Source of the DNA: Haliotis rufescens
Lineage: Eukaryota
NCBI RefSeq assembly: GCF_023055435.1
Contig: NW_025963780.1
Coordinates: forward strand, 24,924,001 to 24,988,000
DNA: 64,000 nt
Reading direction: 5' to 3'
Part shown: piece by piece, positions 22,765 through 34,400 of the stretch
Numbering within the stretch: position 1 is the first letter of the stretch
Layout: the number at the start of each line of letters is the position of its first letter
Notes under the pieces: model-generated
Seen by the model: only the letters and a program-made list of their open reading frames with translations
What the model was told of the DNA's origin: nothing
The model's database searches: none
Position numbers and translations under genes: made by a program

Positions 22765-24668
22765 GCGGCCTTATCTGAAATGATAAAGGGTTAACACTGC
22801 AGTTATCTGATTGGCTGATCAGTCACTGGTCAACCATTACTTCTTCATGACGTCATCGAGTGAGTTTAATGTGACGTCACTTGCCTGTCCCATCACATTT
22901 GAATGAGTGTTTGCAATTTGAGTGAGTAAGAATGGTTTTACACCGATTTTAGCAATATTCCATCAATATCATGGCGGGGACATCAGCAATGGACTTCACA
23001 TTGTACCCATGTTGGGAATCGAACCCAGGTCTTTGGCGTGACAAGTGAATGCTTTAACCACAAGGTACCCGACCGCCCCTCGCACTTTTAGTTATCTCAC
23101 AGAGAGTATGCAAGCAGGGGGGAAGTAGTGCACTTTAAAGGCGGCCTTTTGGAATTTCAATGCGTGTCGCAGGAAGGAGTGAACTCACATTGCAAGTCTG
23201 AAGCCTAGCCATGCTAGAGATTAATCTAATTAGCCTACACGTTACCATGGGACCAAGGGCGCTATCACAAATAGTTAGTATTCATTTACTAAGTGATCAG
23301 CACATGTTTACCTTCATGCACATGCACCCTTAAAAACTGATTATAATTGTACAGATTTTCCTCAAATTAATTTGATAAAAGAGATAGCTAACCCATACCC
23401 TTACTCACAACTAACCCTAAGGATCGTAAAGGAGCATTTTATTGGAAAGGAGTACCAAATTCCAATGATCGTAAAGGGGATCCAAGTTCCTAGGCAAGGG
23501 CTAAATATACAGTTGGGGGTAACCTAGTCTCTCAAACAAACCCTGAAACAAATATATCCAATACAGCCCATGCAAGTCTATAATAGTGGGCAAGTCTAGA
23601 TTACTGCAGTATCAGGAAATCTGAAAATGAAGAAAGTCTCTGGGCTCCTTTTTATTATATCTTATAACAATAAAGAATAACATTTCAGTAACTTGTGAAA
23701 TCCTCAACAGAAATGAATACATCAAATCTATCAGCTGAAAACGATCAACAGCTTGTTTGGGACCAAATGTAAGTAACGTTTTTCTCAAAGCCTACCAATG
23801 GTGAGGGCTCTTGTAACTGTCGAAAAGATCAAAGTAGACACAATGTATGGATAAAGACTCTGATCAGTACAAATGTTAACAGACGATAGTGGACAACGTT
23901 CATGCTGCAGTATTTACAAAGGGAGGTAACTCTCTAACAAGTGACAAGTCATTTAATAGAAGAATTACATGCAATAAAACAATAAAGAGTGAAATGGACG
24001 AAGCATAGGCATCAACCTTAATTTAACTGTAAGTATTAATATTCATGCGGCAACGGTTTTACTTCAGACATGACTGCGTGACTGCGCAATATAGTTTAAT
24101 GAAATCAAGAGGATATACATTAATGACGTATCCCCATCTTAAAAGCGGGAGCATCAACACTGCATAAACCGAACCAGACCAGGGGTGGGGGTGCGGTGTG
24201 TTAATGGATAAACTGGCAATTTAATAAAATATAAAGCTTCTGCATTTTGTCTTTTCAGGAAGGGTCATGAAAAACATGTACAATGAGATGGGGAAGGTTA
24301 TCTAATAATATGACAAGTATTAGGGGAGGGTAATTATTTTCATTACGTCGGTGCATCAAAAACCTACACCTGTAATAAATGACCGATCCTTTATGAACGG
24401 TAACCAAAATACCAACAATGTAGTAACGTGGACGAATAGGCATGATCCTATCAAATTTATTTTTAACAGAACAGCAACTTTAGCTGTGTTCATTTAAACA
24501 CGAGAAAGCGCCGTGTGCATTGACTGAATTGAAAACGAATACATTCACTGATATTCGTATATTTATCTTACAGCAGTAATATTTAGTGTGAAATGTATCA
24601 CATTCAATACATCTTGGGGAAGCTTATTTTTAATGCATGTGCATACACAAATGTAACTAATGAATATA

Positions 24669-24836
24669 GGGGGCGGTCGGGTAGCCTTGTGATTAAAGCG
24701 TTCGCCCGTCACGCTGAAGACCCGGGTTCGATTCCCAACATGGGTACAATGTGTGAAGCCCATTTCTGGTGTCCCCCGCCGTGATATTGCTGGAATATTG
24801 CTAAAAGCGGCGTAAAACCAAACTCACTCACTCACT
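24669..24836 (+). mobile_element. tRNA(Asp-like)-derived SINE family A, (CACT)n tail (HaSE-like)
   Basis: GGTAGCC..GTGGTTAAAGCGTTCGC.CGTCACGC.GAAGACCCGGGTTCGATTCC head. TSD ACTAAT(G/A)AATATA. Copies at 16991-17175, 20353-20500 (-), 22920-23080 (-), 32280-32440, 50372-50535, 57198-57358, 58988-59153 (-, TSD TCATAAAAAAAGA), and a 5'-truncated copy at 22109-22170 with TSD ATTGTTTCAGA. Confidence 0.88.
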
Positions 24837-24954
24837 AATAAATATAGTCTTTGAAATCGTTGATTACACAATGCATTTCTCTCCTCTAAACAATAATATT
24901 TAAAAATATAAAGCTGATTTCATAGAGCTGGATAGACTTGTTTGTTCTATTAAT

Positions 24955-27697
24955 GTAGATAGGTTTTGGTTTCTTAAAAGACTTGTGACAGGCTCAAGTA
25001 TTTAAAATATGTACATAACGTTTCATTAAGATTAGTTAGTAAGTTAGTAGTAAAGTTATCATCCTCTATATCGCCAGGGCTCGCATTTCGATACACCTAC
25101 TGCAAGTGTAGGTTCGCCGAAATGTTAGCCCTGACGACAAAGATGTTGTAAGGTTGCATCAGCTTGGTGCCATTTAATTATTTGGTTAAATACCTTTGAT
25201 ACTTACTTCAAACAACAATAATAATATCATTTTTGTTATATGATATACTTTAGTATTTTATACCCTAAACATTCATTACATAGCTCAGAAACATTAAATA
25301 AGCTTTCTCTCACTTTAACCTCAATTAATTGTCTTCCTGCATGCTTTTGACCTACATCGTTCTTGCGCGCACCGGCCCAGACAACCGTCTCGCTGATATA
25401 CCAGGCTGGCCATAGCTTAACACCTCAATGTTCAGATTGTATACATTATTAAAATCCATTACTACTTTACTTATCAAGGATGGACATATCTCTTACTCGT
25501 AAATGTATTGCCGATCTTGAGTAGCAGTTTCGATAAGTTTCGATAAGACTTCCGCCCGTATCCCCACTCTATATGTGAGTTTATGTGAGTTATTGTGATA
25601 TATATCGACTAAATATCTTATGTTATAATCTATATGTACAGTAATGACAAGTACATGTGATTGCACTCAGCAATATGACGACGATCTGTAAATAATCGAG
25701 TCTGGACCAGACAGTCCAGTGATTGACATCATGAACATCGATCCACGCAATTGGGATACGATGACATGCTTCAACCAAGTCATCGAGCCTGACCACCCGA
25801 TCCCGTTAGTCGCCTTTTACGACAAGCAGAATCGCCTTTCACGGCAAGCATGGGTTGCTGAATAACTATTTTAAACCGGATCTTCACGGGTCGGTAGTAG
25901 TAGTAGTTCACAGATAACAGGACTATTAAAAATGAGGATTTAATGCTTTTAATCTTGACTTGACTAAAATACAATGTTTTTATTTTACCATCCGCGTGTC
26001 TCGCGATAACGTCATTTTATTTTATGATTTATAACGACAGCTCCCAGCCTTGACGTGTTAGCAATTATCATCGCTGCTGCACGTGGCAGCATATATATGT
26101 GAATATATTCACACATTATTTATTGTCTACCTCAGTCGTGGTGCACGTACATGTATAGTTTTGACGAAGAAATTTAAAGCCATTTTTATCTATGTATAAA
26201 ATTAAGTGACTTTGACATAAATATGTCTGCTTCCTCCTTTTTCCATAACATTTAAGGGCATTACACAGTATATGAACTATTCTCAACATGGCAGCAATAA
26301 TATATATGCACACATAAAAAAAAGTAAAATTTGTGTAGCTAACGTGATAGGTAAGCAAAGGACATTTGAAAAGGAACATTGACAGCCATCTTGCATTATA
26401 GTGACTAACCATTTTCACTTGACTGACGCGTGCCAGTATCACGATACATGGACGACATTAGGGCTCAGTTACACATTCAGGATTTTTACTGCCGTCCTTG
26501 ATAGGACCATTCCCGATTAAAATTTGTCAAAAGTCTGATCAAGATGCTGTGATTCGTGGCGGGAAATTCACAAACAATCAGATGTTGTTTAGGAAGCGTC
26601 CCGAATCAGCCGTTTCCAGCCGACATCGTCCCGATTCTATCGTTCTTAATCCGAATCTGATCCGATTTGTATCTTCCGCATGGTGAAAAACGACCGAATC
26701 TGTCCCGATTCTCCCGAATGCGATCCGACAGAGATCAGACACTGACCGGACAGTGAACCGACAAAGACCGTCGTCATAAAGCTGGAATATTGCTGAGTGC
26801 AATCACATGTACTTGTCATTACTGTACATATAGACTATAACATGAGATATTTAGTTAATTTATCACAATAACTCACTGAAATGGGAGTTCATCGACAGCT
26901 GTAAATATATACAAGATACATTATATTTCTTATAAATCAAATCAGAAGTGCACCACACAGTACATCCTATTTTTGATCCCAATAACTAAATATCACCCAT
27001 ATATACAACATCATACCGAAAGACTTCCGTTCGTTTCCCCCTCCAAAAGTTGTATATCTATGCATTGCCGCCCAATCCTTTTCATTATATATATATATTT
27101 GAGTGGGGATACGGGCGGAAGTCTTATCGAAACTGTAACTCGAGATCGGCAATAAATTTACGAGTAAGAGATATGTCCTTCCTTGATAAGTAAAGTAGTG
27201 ATGGATTTTTATAATGCATACAAACTGAACATTGAGGTTTTAGGCTATGGCCAGCCTGGTATATCAGCGAGACGGTTGTCTGGGCCGGTGCGCGCAAGAA
27301 CGATGTAGGTCAAAAGCATGCAGTTAGACAATTAGTGGAGGTTAAAGTGAGAGAAAGCTTATTTAATGTTACAGAGCTATGTAATGAATGTTTAAGGTAT
27401 AACATACTAAAGTATATCATATAACAAAAATGATATTATTATTGTTGTTTGAAGTAAGTATCAAAGGTATTTAACTAAATAATTAAATGGCAACAAGCTG
27501 ATGCAACCTTACAACATCTTTGTCTTCAGGGCTAACATTTCGGAGAACCTACACTTGTAGTAGGTGTATCGAAATGCGAGCCATGGCGATATAGAGGATG
27601 ACAACTTTACTACTAACTGATCTTAATGAAACGTTATGTACATATTTGAAATACTTGAGCCTGTCACATATCTTTTAAGAAACCAAGACCAATCTAC
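24955..27697. repeat. Long inverted duplication: arms 24955-25569 / 27101-27697, plus 25585-25676 / 26788-26876
   Basis: Direct reverse-complement match with scattered substitutions and small indels (roughly 5% by eye). Confidence 0.93.
25495..25570 (-). promoter_or_regulatory. Putative METTL6 core promoter and non-coding exon 1
   Basis: On the minus strand: GGGCGGAAGT (GC-box/ETS), two TATCGAAA (DRE-like), then ACGA|GTAAGA donor at 25496. TCTCGCGA lies at ~26000. Inference; no transcript data. Confidence 0.45.
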
Positions 27698-29897
27698 CCC
27701 CTATAACATAAGATATTTAGTTGATACATATCACAATAACTCACTGTAATAGGAGTTCATCGACAGCTGTAAATATATACACGATACATTAAATGTCTTA
27801 TAAATCAAATCAGAGTGCGGCGTTAAACAACAAACAAACAAACAATTATAGCATCCCTTCCACTGATTTACCCACCTGAACTAGAAATAATATTTTCATA
27901 TTTAGATATATGCAAGATTCAGACTAACAAAATTATCCATAAGCCTGACTAACGGGATCGGATGGTCAGACGTGTTTGGTGCTTGTCATCGTATCCCATG
28001 CACCGTATCATCATGATGTCAATCACTTGATTGTCTGGTTCAAACTCGATTATTTACAGACCGAAGTCATATAGCTGGAATATTGCTGAGTGCGGCATTA
28101 AATAACAAACAAACAAACAAACAAACAAACCAAAACAAACCACCACTACCACCGGTGACTACTATACAAAATGTCTACTCAATAACCAGTTTCGGTGTCC
28201 GAAATCTTAACAAAACATACAAATCGCCAATTTGGAAAATATCAGAGAAAGTAGGCAAAACAGTTGTACGTAACAACTTCTTATATTACTGCTGCCGTGG
28301 AAGCAGATGTTATCCTCATTTTTTTGTCTGCTTTGTCATTCGTCAACTTTTATGAAATGCATTTCAAACAATTCATTATCCGAGAAACAAATAATGCATT
28401 CGTAGTGGCCACGTAGTGGTACCTGTGGCACGTGACTATACATGCCGAAATACACAGGGTCATTAGCATATGTAAGCCAATATCTCTTAACGTTCTCGTC
28501 CCAATTTAAACCTTGAACAATTTTTGCTAACATGGAGAATATTTCGTTTAGGATGATAATTGAATCCAACTTTTGGAGAAAACAGTTGACCACGAAAAAT
28601 AAGCTACTGAATCTATGCGAGTCTTTTTACGCCGAGGTGAGGTTGATAATTCGTAAACTTGGCTTGTGTCATTTCGACATTCCATTCTCCAAACGTTTCG
28701 TGATGCGACACATATGTCCATGTTCTTTTCACAGAAGGACAAGTAACGTGATGCGCTAATCTTAGGAATGACAACATAAAGGTTATTGTTTGCGCGTGCT
28801 CTTTACTTCAGACAACACCTTCATATACAGAAGACGGTTCCCAGTCTTTGCCACGCGGGTCACGAAATGTGACAGGTGTCACAGAATGTACGTCCCAGTG
28901 ACCCAGATAACCCCGGTCTTAGATATATTTGTGTGACTGTACCCGATCTCTTTACCTACGAACAGAGTGCATCAGGGTATGTTCCAAGATTTAGAAAAAA
29001 ACGTTATCGCTGGAAAACCAGTATGTGTCTTGGTTTTCTTTAAAAGTCGAAATAAGGTTTACACAAACGAACTTTTTATTAGTACAACCAGGGAGTTTTT
29101 ATGTGTCTATATAAACCGGTATATATATACTCATATATGAGTATAGACTTATGTAAGTCTCTTGTATAAGATTCCCTGGAATAATTATAATTTATTTAGT
29201 AAAAGTAATGTGTTTGAATATGCCAAACGTTTGAAGATGAAGTATTTTCTTTCAAGACCATTGATGTTTCATTCTCGCTACAGATTATTTAAGTTTATGA
29301 AATATTCATATGCATGCACTTGTCCATATTTACTACCCGGGTACCAGACACCCTATTACCCAGCCCTGCCTGGGCACCTGTTATGGGTCTGAAGAATTGG
29401 GTATAAAATGTACGAATCGTAATTGCTTAACCGCAGCGCTGGCAAAAACTATTAATATACAACATAAAATGATCTGATCGTGCATACACTGAAGTTGATA
29501 GATGCTTTATCCTTACTTGAACATGTAAAATTAAGAATGAATGCTTGCATAGTCTGAAGGAAATGTGAATATTAACTATGCTTGTAGTTTAGCCATGGAG
29601 TTTTATTGTCGTTAAACAATGTACCACATGACTAACCACAGGTTCGGGTAGTTGTGTGGGTCGGGTGGGTACTGAGTAGGACAAGAGTACCCAAAGGACG
29701 ACCTGGTTAGTCACGTGATATATTGTTTAATGGCAAATATTTACTAGAAATCTATGGTTGCACTATAAGTGACAGATGTTCGTACATTGTATTTCTTTCT
29801 GACTATGCACACATTCCTTCTGACTTTATATGATTGAATAAAGATAAAACTTCAGTCAACTTCAGTGTATACATGACCAGATCCTTTCATACGTTTA

Positions 29898-31105
29898 TCT
29901 ACCCGGGTACTGTCGGGTAATGGGAGGCTGGGTACCCGGGTAGGGTTAGGTAATAGGGGACTGGGTACCCGGGTAGGGTCGGGTAATAGGGTGCTGGGTA
30001 CCCGGGTAGGGTCGGGTAATAGGGGGCTGGGTACCCGGGTAGGGTCGGGTAATAGGGGGCTTGGTACCCAGGTATGGTCGGGTAATAGGGGGCTGGGTAC
30101 CCGGGTAGGGTCGGGTAATAGGGTGCTGGGTACCCGTTTTAGGGTCGGGTAATAGGGGTCTGAGTACCCGGGTAAGGTCGGATAGTAGGGGGCTGGGTAC
30201 CCGGGTAAGGTCGGGTAGTAGGGGGCTGAGTACCCGGGTAAGGTTGGGTAGTAGGGGGCTGGGTACCCCGGTAGGGTCTGGTAATAGGAGGCTGGGTACC
30301 CAGGTAGGGTCAGGTAATAGGGGACTGGGTACCCGGGTAGGGTCGGGTAATAGGGGACTGGGTACCCGGTTAGGGTCGGGTAATTGGGGACTGAGTACCC
30401 TGGTAGGGTCGGGTAATAGGGGGCTGAGTACCCGGGTAGGGTTAGGTAATAGGGGACTTGGTTCCCCGAGTAAGGTCGGGTAGTAGGGAGCTGGGTACCC
30501 GGGTAGGGTCGGGTAATAGGGGGCTGGGTACCCGGGTAGGGTCGGGTAATAGGGGGCTGGGTACCCTACCAATAGGGGGCTGGGTACCCAGGTAGGGTCG
30601 GTAAATAGGGGGCTAGGTACCCGGTAGGGTCGGGTAGTAGGGGGCTGAGTACCCGGGTAAGGTCGGATAGTAGGGGGCTGATTACCCAGGTAGGGTCGGG
30701 TAATAGGGACTGGGTACCCGGGTAGGGTCGGGTAGGGTAATAGGGGCCTGAGTACCTGGGTAGCCGGGGAAGGGTCAGGTAGTAGGGGGCTGAGTACCCG
30801 GGTAGGATAGTAGGGGGCTGAGTACCCGGGTAGGGTCGGGTCATAGGTCACTGGGTACCGGGGTAGGGCCGGGTAATAGGGGGCTGGGTACCCGGGTAGG
30901 GTCAGGTAGTAGGGGGCTGAGTACCCGGGTAGGGTCGGGTCGGGTAATAGGGGCCTGAGAACCAGGGTACCCGGGAAGGGTCAGGTAGTAGGGGGCTGAG
31001 TACCCGGGTAGAATAGTAGGGGGCTGAGTACCCGGGTAGGGTCGGGTCATAGGTCACTGGGTACCCGGGTAGGGTCGGGTAGTAGGGGGCTGGGTACCTG
31101 GGTAG
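29898..31105. repeat. 33-bp G-rich minisatellite (~35 copies) at the end of a hAT MITE
   Basis: Unit GGGTACCCGGGTAGGGTCGGGTAATAGGGGGCT. The array runs into the family terminus GTAAATTTGGACTCGTCCCAGCCCT (~31105-31128). Confidence 0.93.
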
Positions 31106-31477
31106 TAAATTTGGACTCGTCCCAGCCCTTCTGTGTGTACCTGCCCAGCATTGTTTATATATATATACAGGCCGGCTGATGTGATGAGTTGTGGTCCCTC
31201 TGACGTAGTCTCTCTCCCAGACCCAAGAGAATAAATTAAGTCTGACTCCAGTCTTAAATGATTTGGCAAGTCTAGATTGCCTCAGCTCCAGGAAATTAAG
31301 TTCTGGGCTCCATTTGAAATGTACTTTTTTCATTTAGTAGATACATATATTCAAACAAGATCACTTTTTTTCTGGGACAAAATGTCAGTCTTCTTCTGAA
31401 GGACACCATTCACTGTTGTATTGTGGGTATTATTATTTCAGTGGTCAGCAGAGAAAGGTCTCTCATATTTCTACAAG

Positions 31478-34400
31478 ATGGCCCCAGAACAGATATCTGT
31501 GATTGAAACAGGACAGGATGTTGCCAAGCAAAGTGGGAACGAAACAGAGGACCAGGAAGAAACTATTTGCACAAGCTGGAGAGACAAGATTTACATGAAC
31601 AAGTTCATCTACACCGTCTACCTGGCCATAGCGTTCTCCATGTTGGTGAGTAAACTGGACATGGTTTGAAACACAATGCCGTTTAGAAAATGGTCAAATG
31701 TAACAAATGTTATATTTGGGATTACACTTTCTCATTAAAGTACAAGTTCTAGTAGATTCCAGTAGGGCTGGGACAGGTAACTCGGGTACTGAGTAGGACC
31801 CAGGTACCCACAGGACTACCCGGACCCGTGGTTAGTCACGTGATATATTGTTTAATGACAAAAATTATCTAGAACTCTATGGTAACTCTACAAGTCACTA
31901 ATGATCGCATTACTTTCTGACTATGCACCCATTCCTTCTGATTTTCATATGGTTGAATAAAGACATAACTCAATTCAACTTCAGTGTATGAATGACCAGA
32001 TTGTTTAATACATGTATCTACATACGTTTTGCCAGGGCTATGCTAAAAATATTCCCAATCGGACATTTTGAGACATTTCCTGAGACCTTCAGTGGGTACC
32101 CGGGTAGGGTCGGGTAATAGGGAGGTGGGTACCCGGGTAGTAAATTTGGACTCATCCCAGCCCTAGATTCTAGTACTTTTTGGGGATGAGTCCCATCCAG
32201 GATTCGAACCAAACTGCTGGAGTGAGGCACCTAATCGCCAGCACACATTTGGACTCAAGCAAACTTAACACTTTCAAAAGCAGTGAAGTAGTCTGGTGGT
32301 GAAAGCATTAGATTGCTGATGACCCTGGTTCGAGTCCCCACATGGGTGAAATGTGTGAAGCCCATTTCTGGTGTCCCCCGCTGTGATATTGCTGGAATAT
32401 TGCTAAAGCGGTGTAAAACAATGCTCAGTCACTCTCTCACACAATTTCTGTCCCTTAGGCATTTTGGCTTTTGAAAAAATATTTTGGATGATCAAAGATG
32501 GCTTCCTAACAGCCATGTAACAAAATATCCACAATATATGGCACGGCCATGTTTTTCATCATCCTAATCTTGTCGTGTTAGTTCACTATCGAGGTACAGA
32601 AATAAGATATGCTAAATGCTTCGCTCACTTGTAGTGAGAATTTAAAGCCTCAGCACTGATTGGCACATCAGAAAGTTCACCTGTCACGACCTCCTATAGA
32701 GATCTCCCCAGAGTGAGACACCTATATATATATACTATTCGCCAGCACACAATGGGACTCAACCCAACTCAACACTTTCATGAGCGGTGAGGTAGCCTAG
32801 TGGTTAAAGCATTAGATCGCGGATGACCTGGGTTCGAGTCCCCACATGGGTACAATGTCTTCGTTTATAATATCTGAATTAACTTAGATTGTTTACATGC
32901 TGCCATGATATAGCTGGAACATGGCGTAGAACAACATTCACGCTTCAAAATTTTCACTGTTTCACTCTGTGATATTCTTCAAGGATCAACAGCCATATGA
33001 TAAAAAACACCAAACATATCGATATTCAGATCTTAGGACATCCCATTACGGGTCATGTCAGAACGACCTTTCATCCGACCAATCAAAGCGTCGCTTACCA
33101 GATCATGAAAGTGACAGTAGGAATGTGTTTTCTAATCATGCAACCTCAAAAACATTAACACAGGGTATTCCGAACGACAGTAACGGCCCGTACGACCGAT
33201 TCCGTCAAAATTATCATCTTTCTCTTGCTTCCGTGGGATAAACATTTGAACGGAGGAGGCGTTGCACAGTACGTGGGAAGGACTGCCATACAATCGCAAC
33301 CATATATTACACATTCCGGAATGTTCGTTTCTTCAGTTTTACACAATTTTAATCGAGAACTGAGTCAATATATTTTTCAAGCGTAGTCTGAAATGGAAGT
33401 CGCCAGGTTGAAACGAGTGCCGTAAAGCTTGTGAAATCTGCTTTCTAATTGGCTGATGTCGACTTCATGTTAGTCGTTTCAGTGGTCGGTCAAAGTACGC
33501 AAAAGGTCGTTCTGACCTAACCCGTAATGGGATGTCCTCAGATCTTTATTTAGCAGCAGCGAGAACTTAGATCTAATTTTAATGAGATTGCCCAACATTA
33601 AACTATGAGTCCCATATTAGTATGTTTTGTACCCACCAGGGTGTGTGTATCGGACAGAGAGGACCCTCCTTCCTTGACCTTCAAATAATCACCGACACGG
33701 ACGTGGAGCGGGGATCTGCGTTCTTCACTGCGGGGTCCGTCGGCTATCTGGTAGGGTCTCTCGTCAGTGGCTTGGTGTACGACAAGTTCAACAAGGTGCT
33801 CACGATGTTCTTCTTGGGGCTCTGCATGGGCATCAGCACAGGGGTTCTGCCGTTCTGTTCACTCTATGGCTTAATGGTGGCCATCCATCTCGTCACAGGA
33901 GTATTCATGGGCGGAATCGACACATGTGAGTTGAAATCTTCAGGGATCAACCTTTGTTGCCAGAAGCGCTGGCTATTGATCAATTATCAATATACTTTGA
34001 AGACGTTTCTTTCAGCAAATATACAAAAAGCTCAGAGACAAAACATCATATTTAGCGTCACTAGTTTCCATTTTACTCTCAGTCGACAGCACACATGCTA
34101 TGCAAATCCTGCAGTCAACTGAAATCTGCACGGCAGTCGCTAAGTTGTTTATGAACCAGATGTCAATCTCGTTACGCGACTAAGCTGGACTTTTACTGTC
34201 AGTTAACTCCCTTGCCTCAGTAAGATATCATCACAGCGCTGAGACCACTTTGTGCAAGTGGCCCCAGGGGTATGGTGCTGAATAACCTAGAAACATAATT
34301 TGGGTACTTTTTAAGAAATAATTCTAGCTAATTCACACACTTGGGGGGTTGCCAGAGATCTTTATTATACCCCCGACAAAATGTCAGGGGAGGGGTGGAG

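Noticed and set aside
24669-24745. tRNA-Asp-like gene (and similar heads elsewhere)
   Set aside because: It continues into a SINE body and tail with TSDs, and the acceptor stem is not intact.
29946-31333. 301-aa and other Pro/Tyr-rich ORFs resembling extensin or adhesive proteins
   Set aside because: They arise because the MITE-derived unit is 33 bp. The frame switches among all three repeat phases, and there is no signal peptide or splice context.
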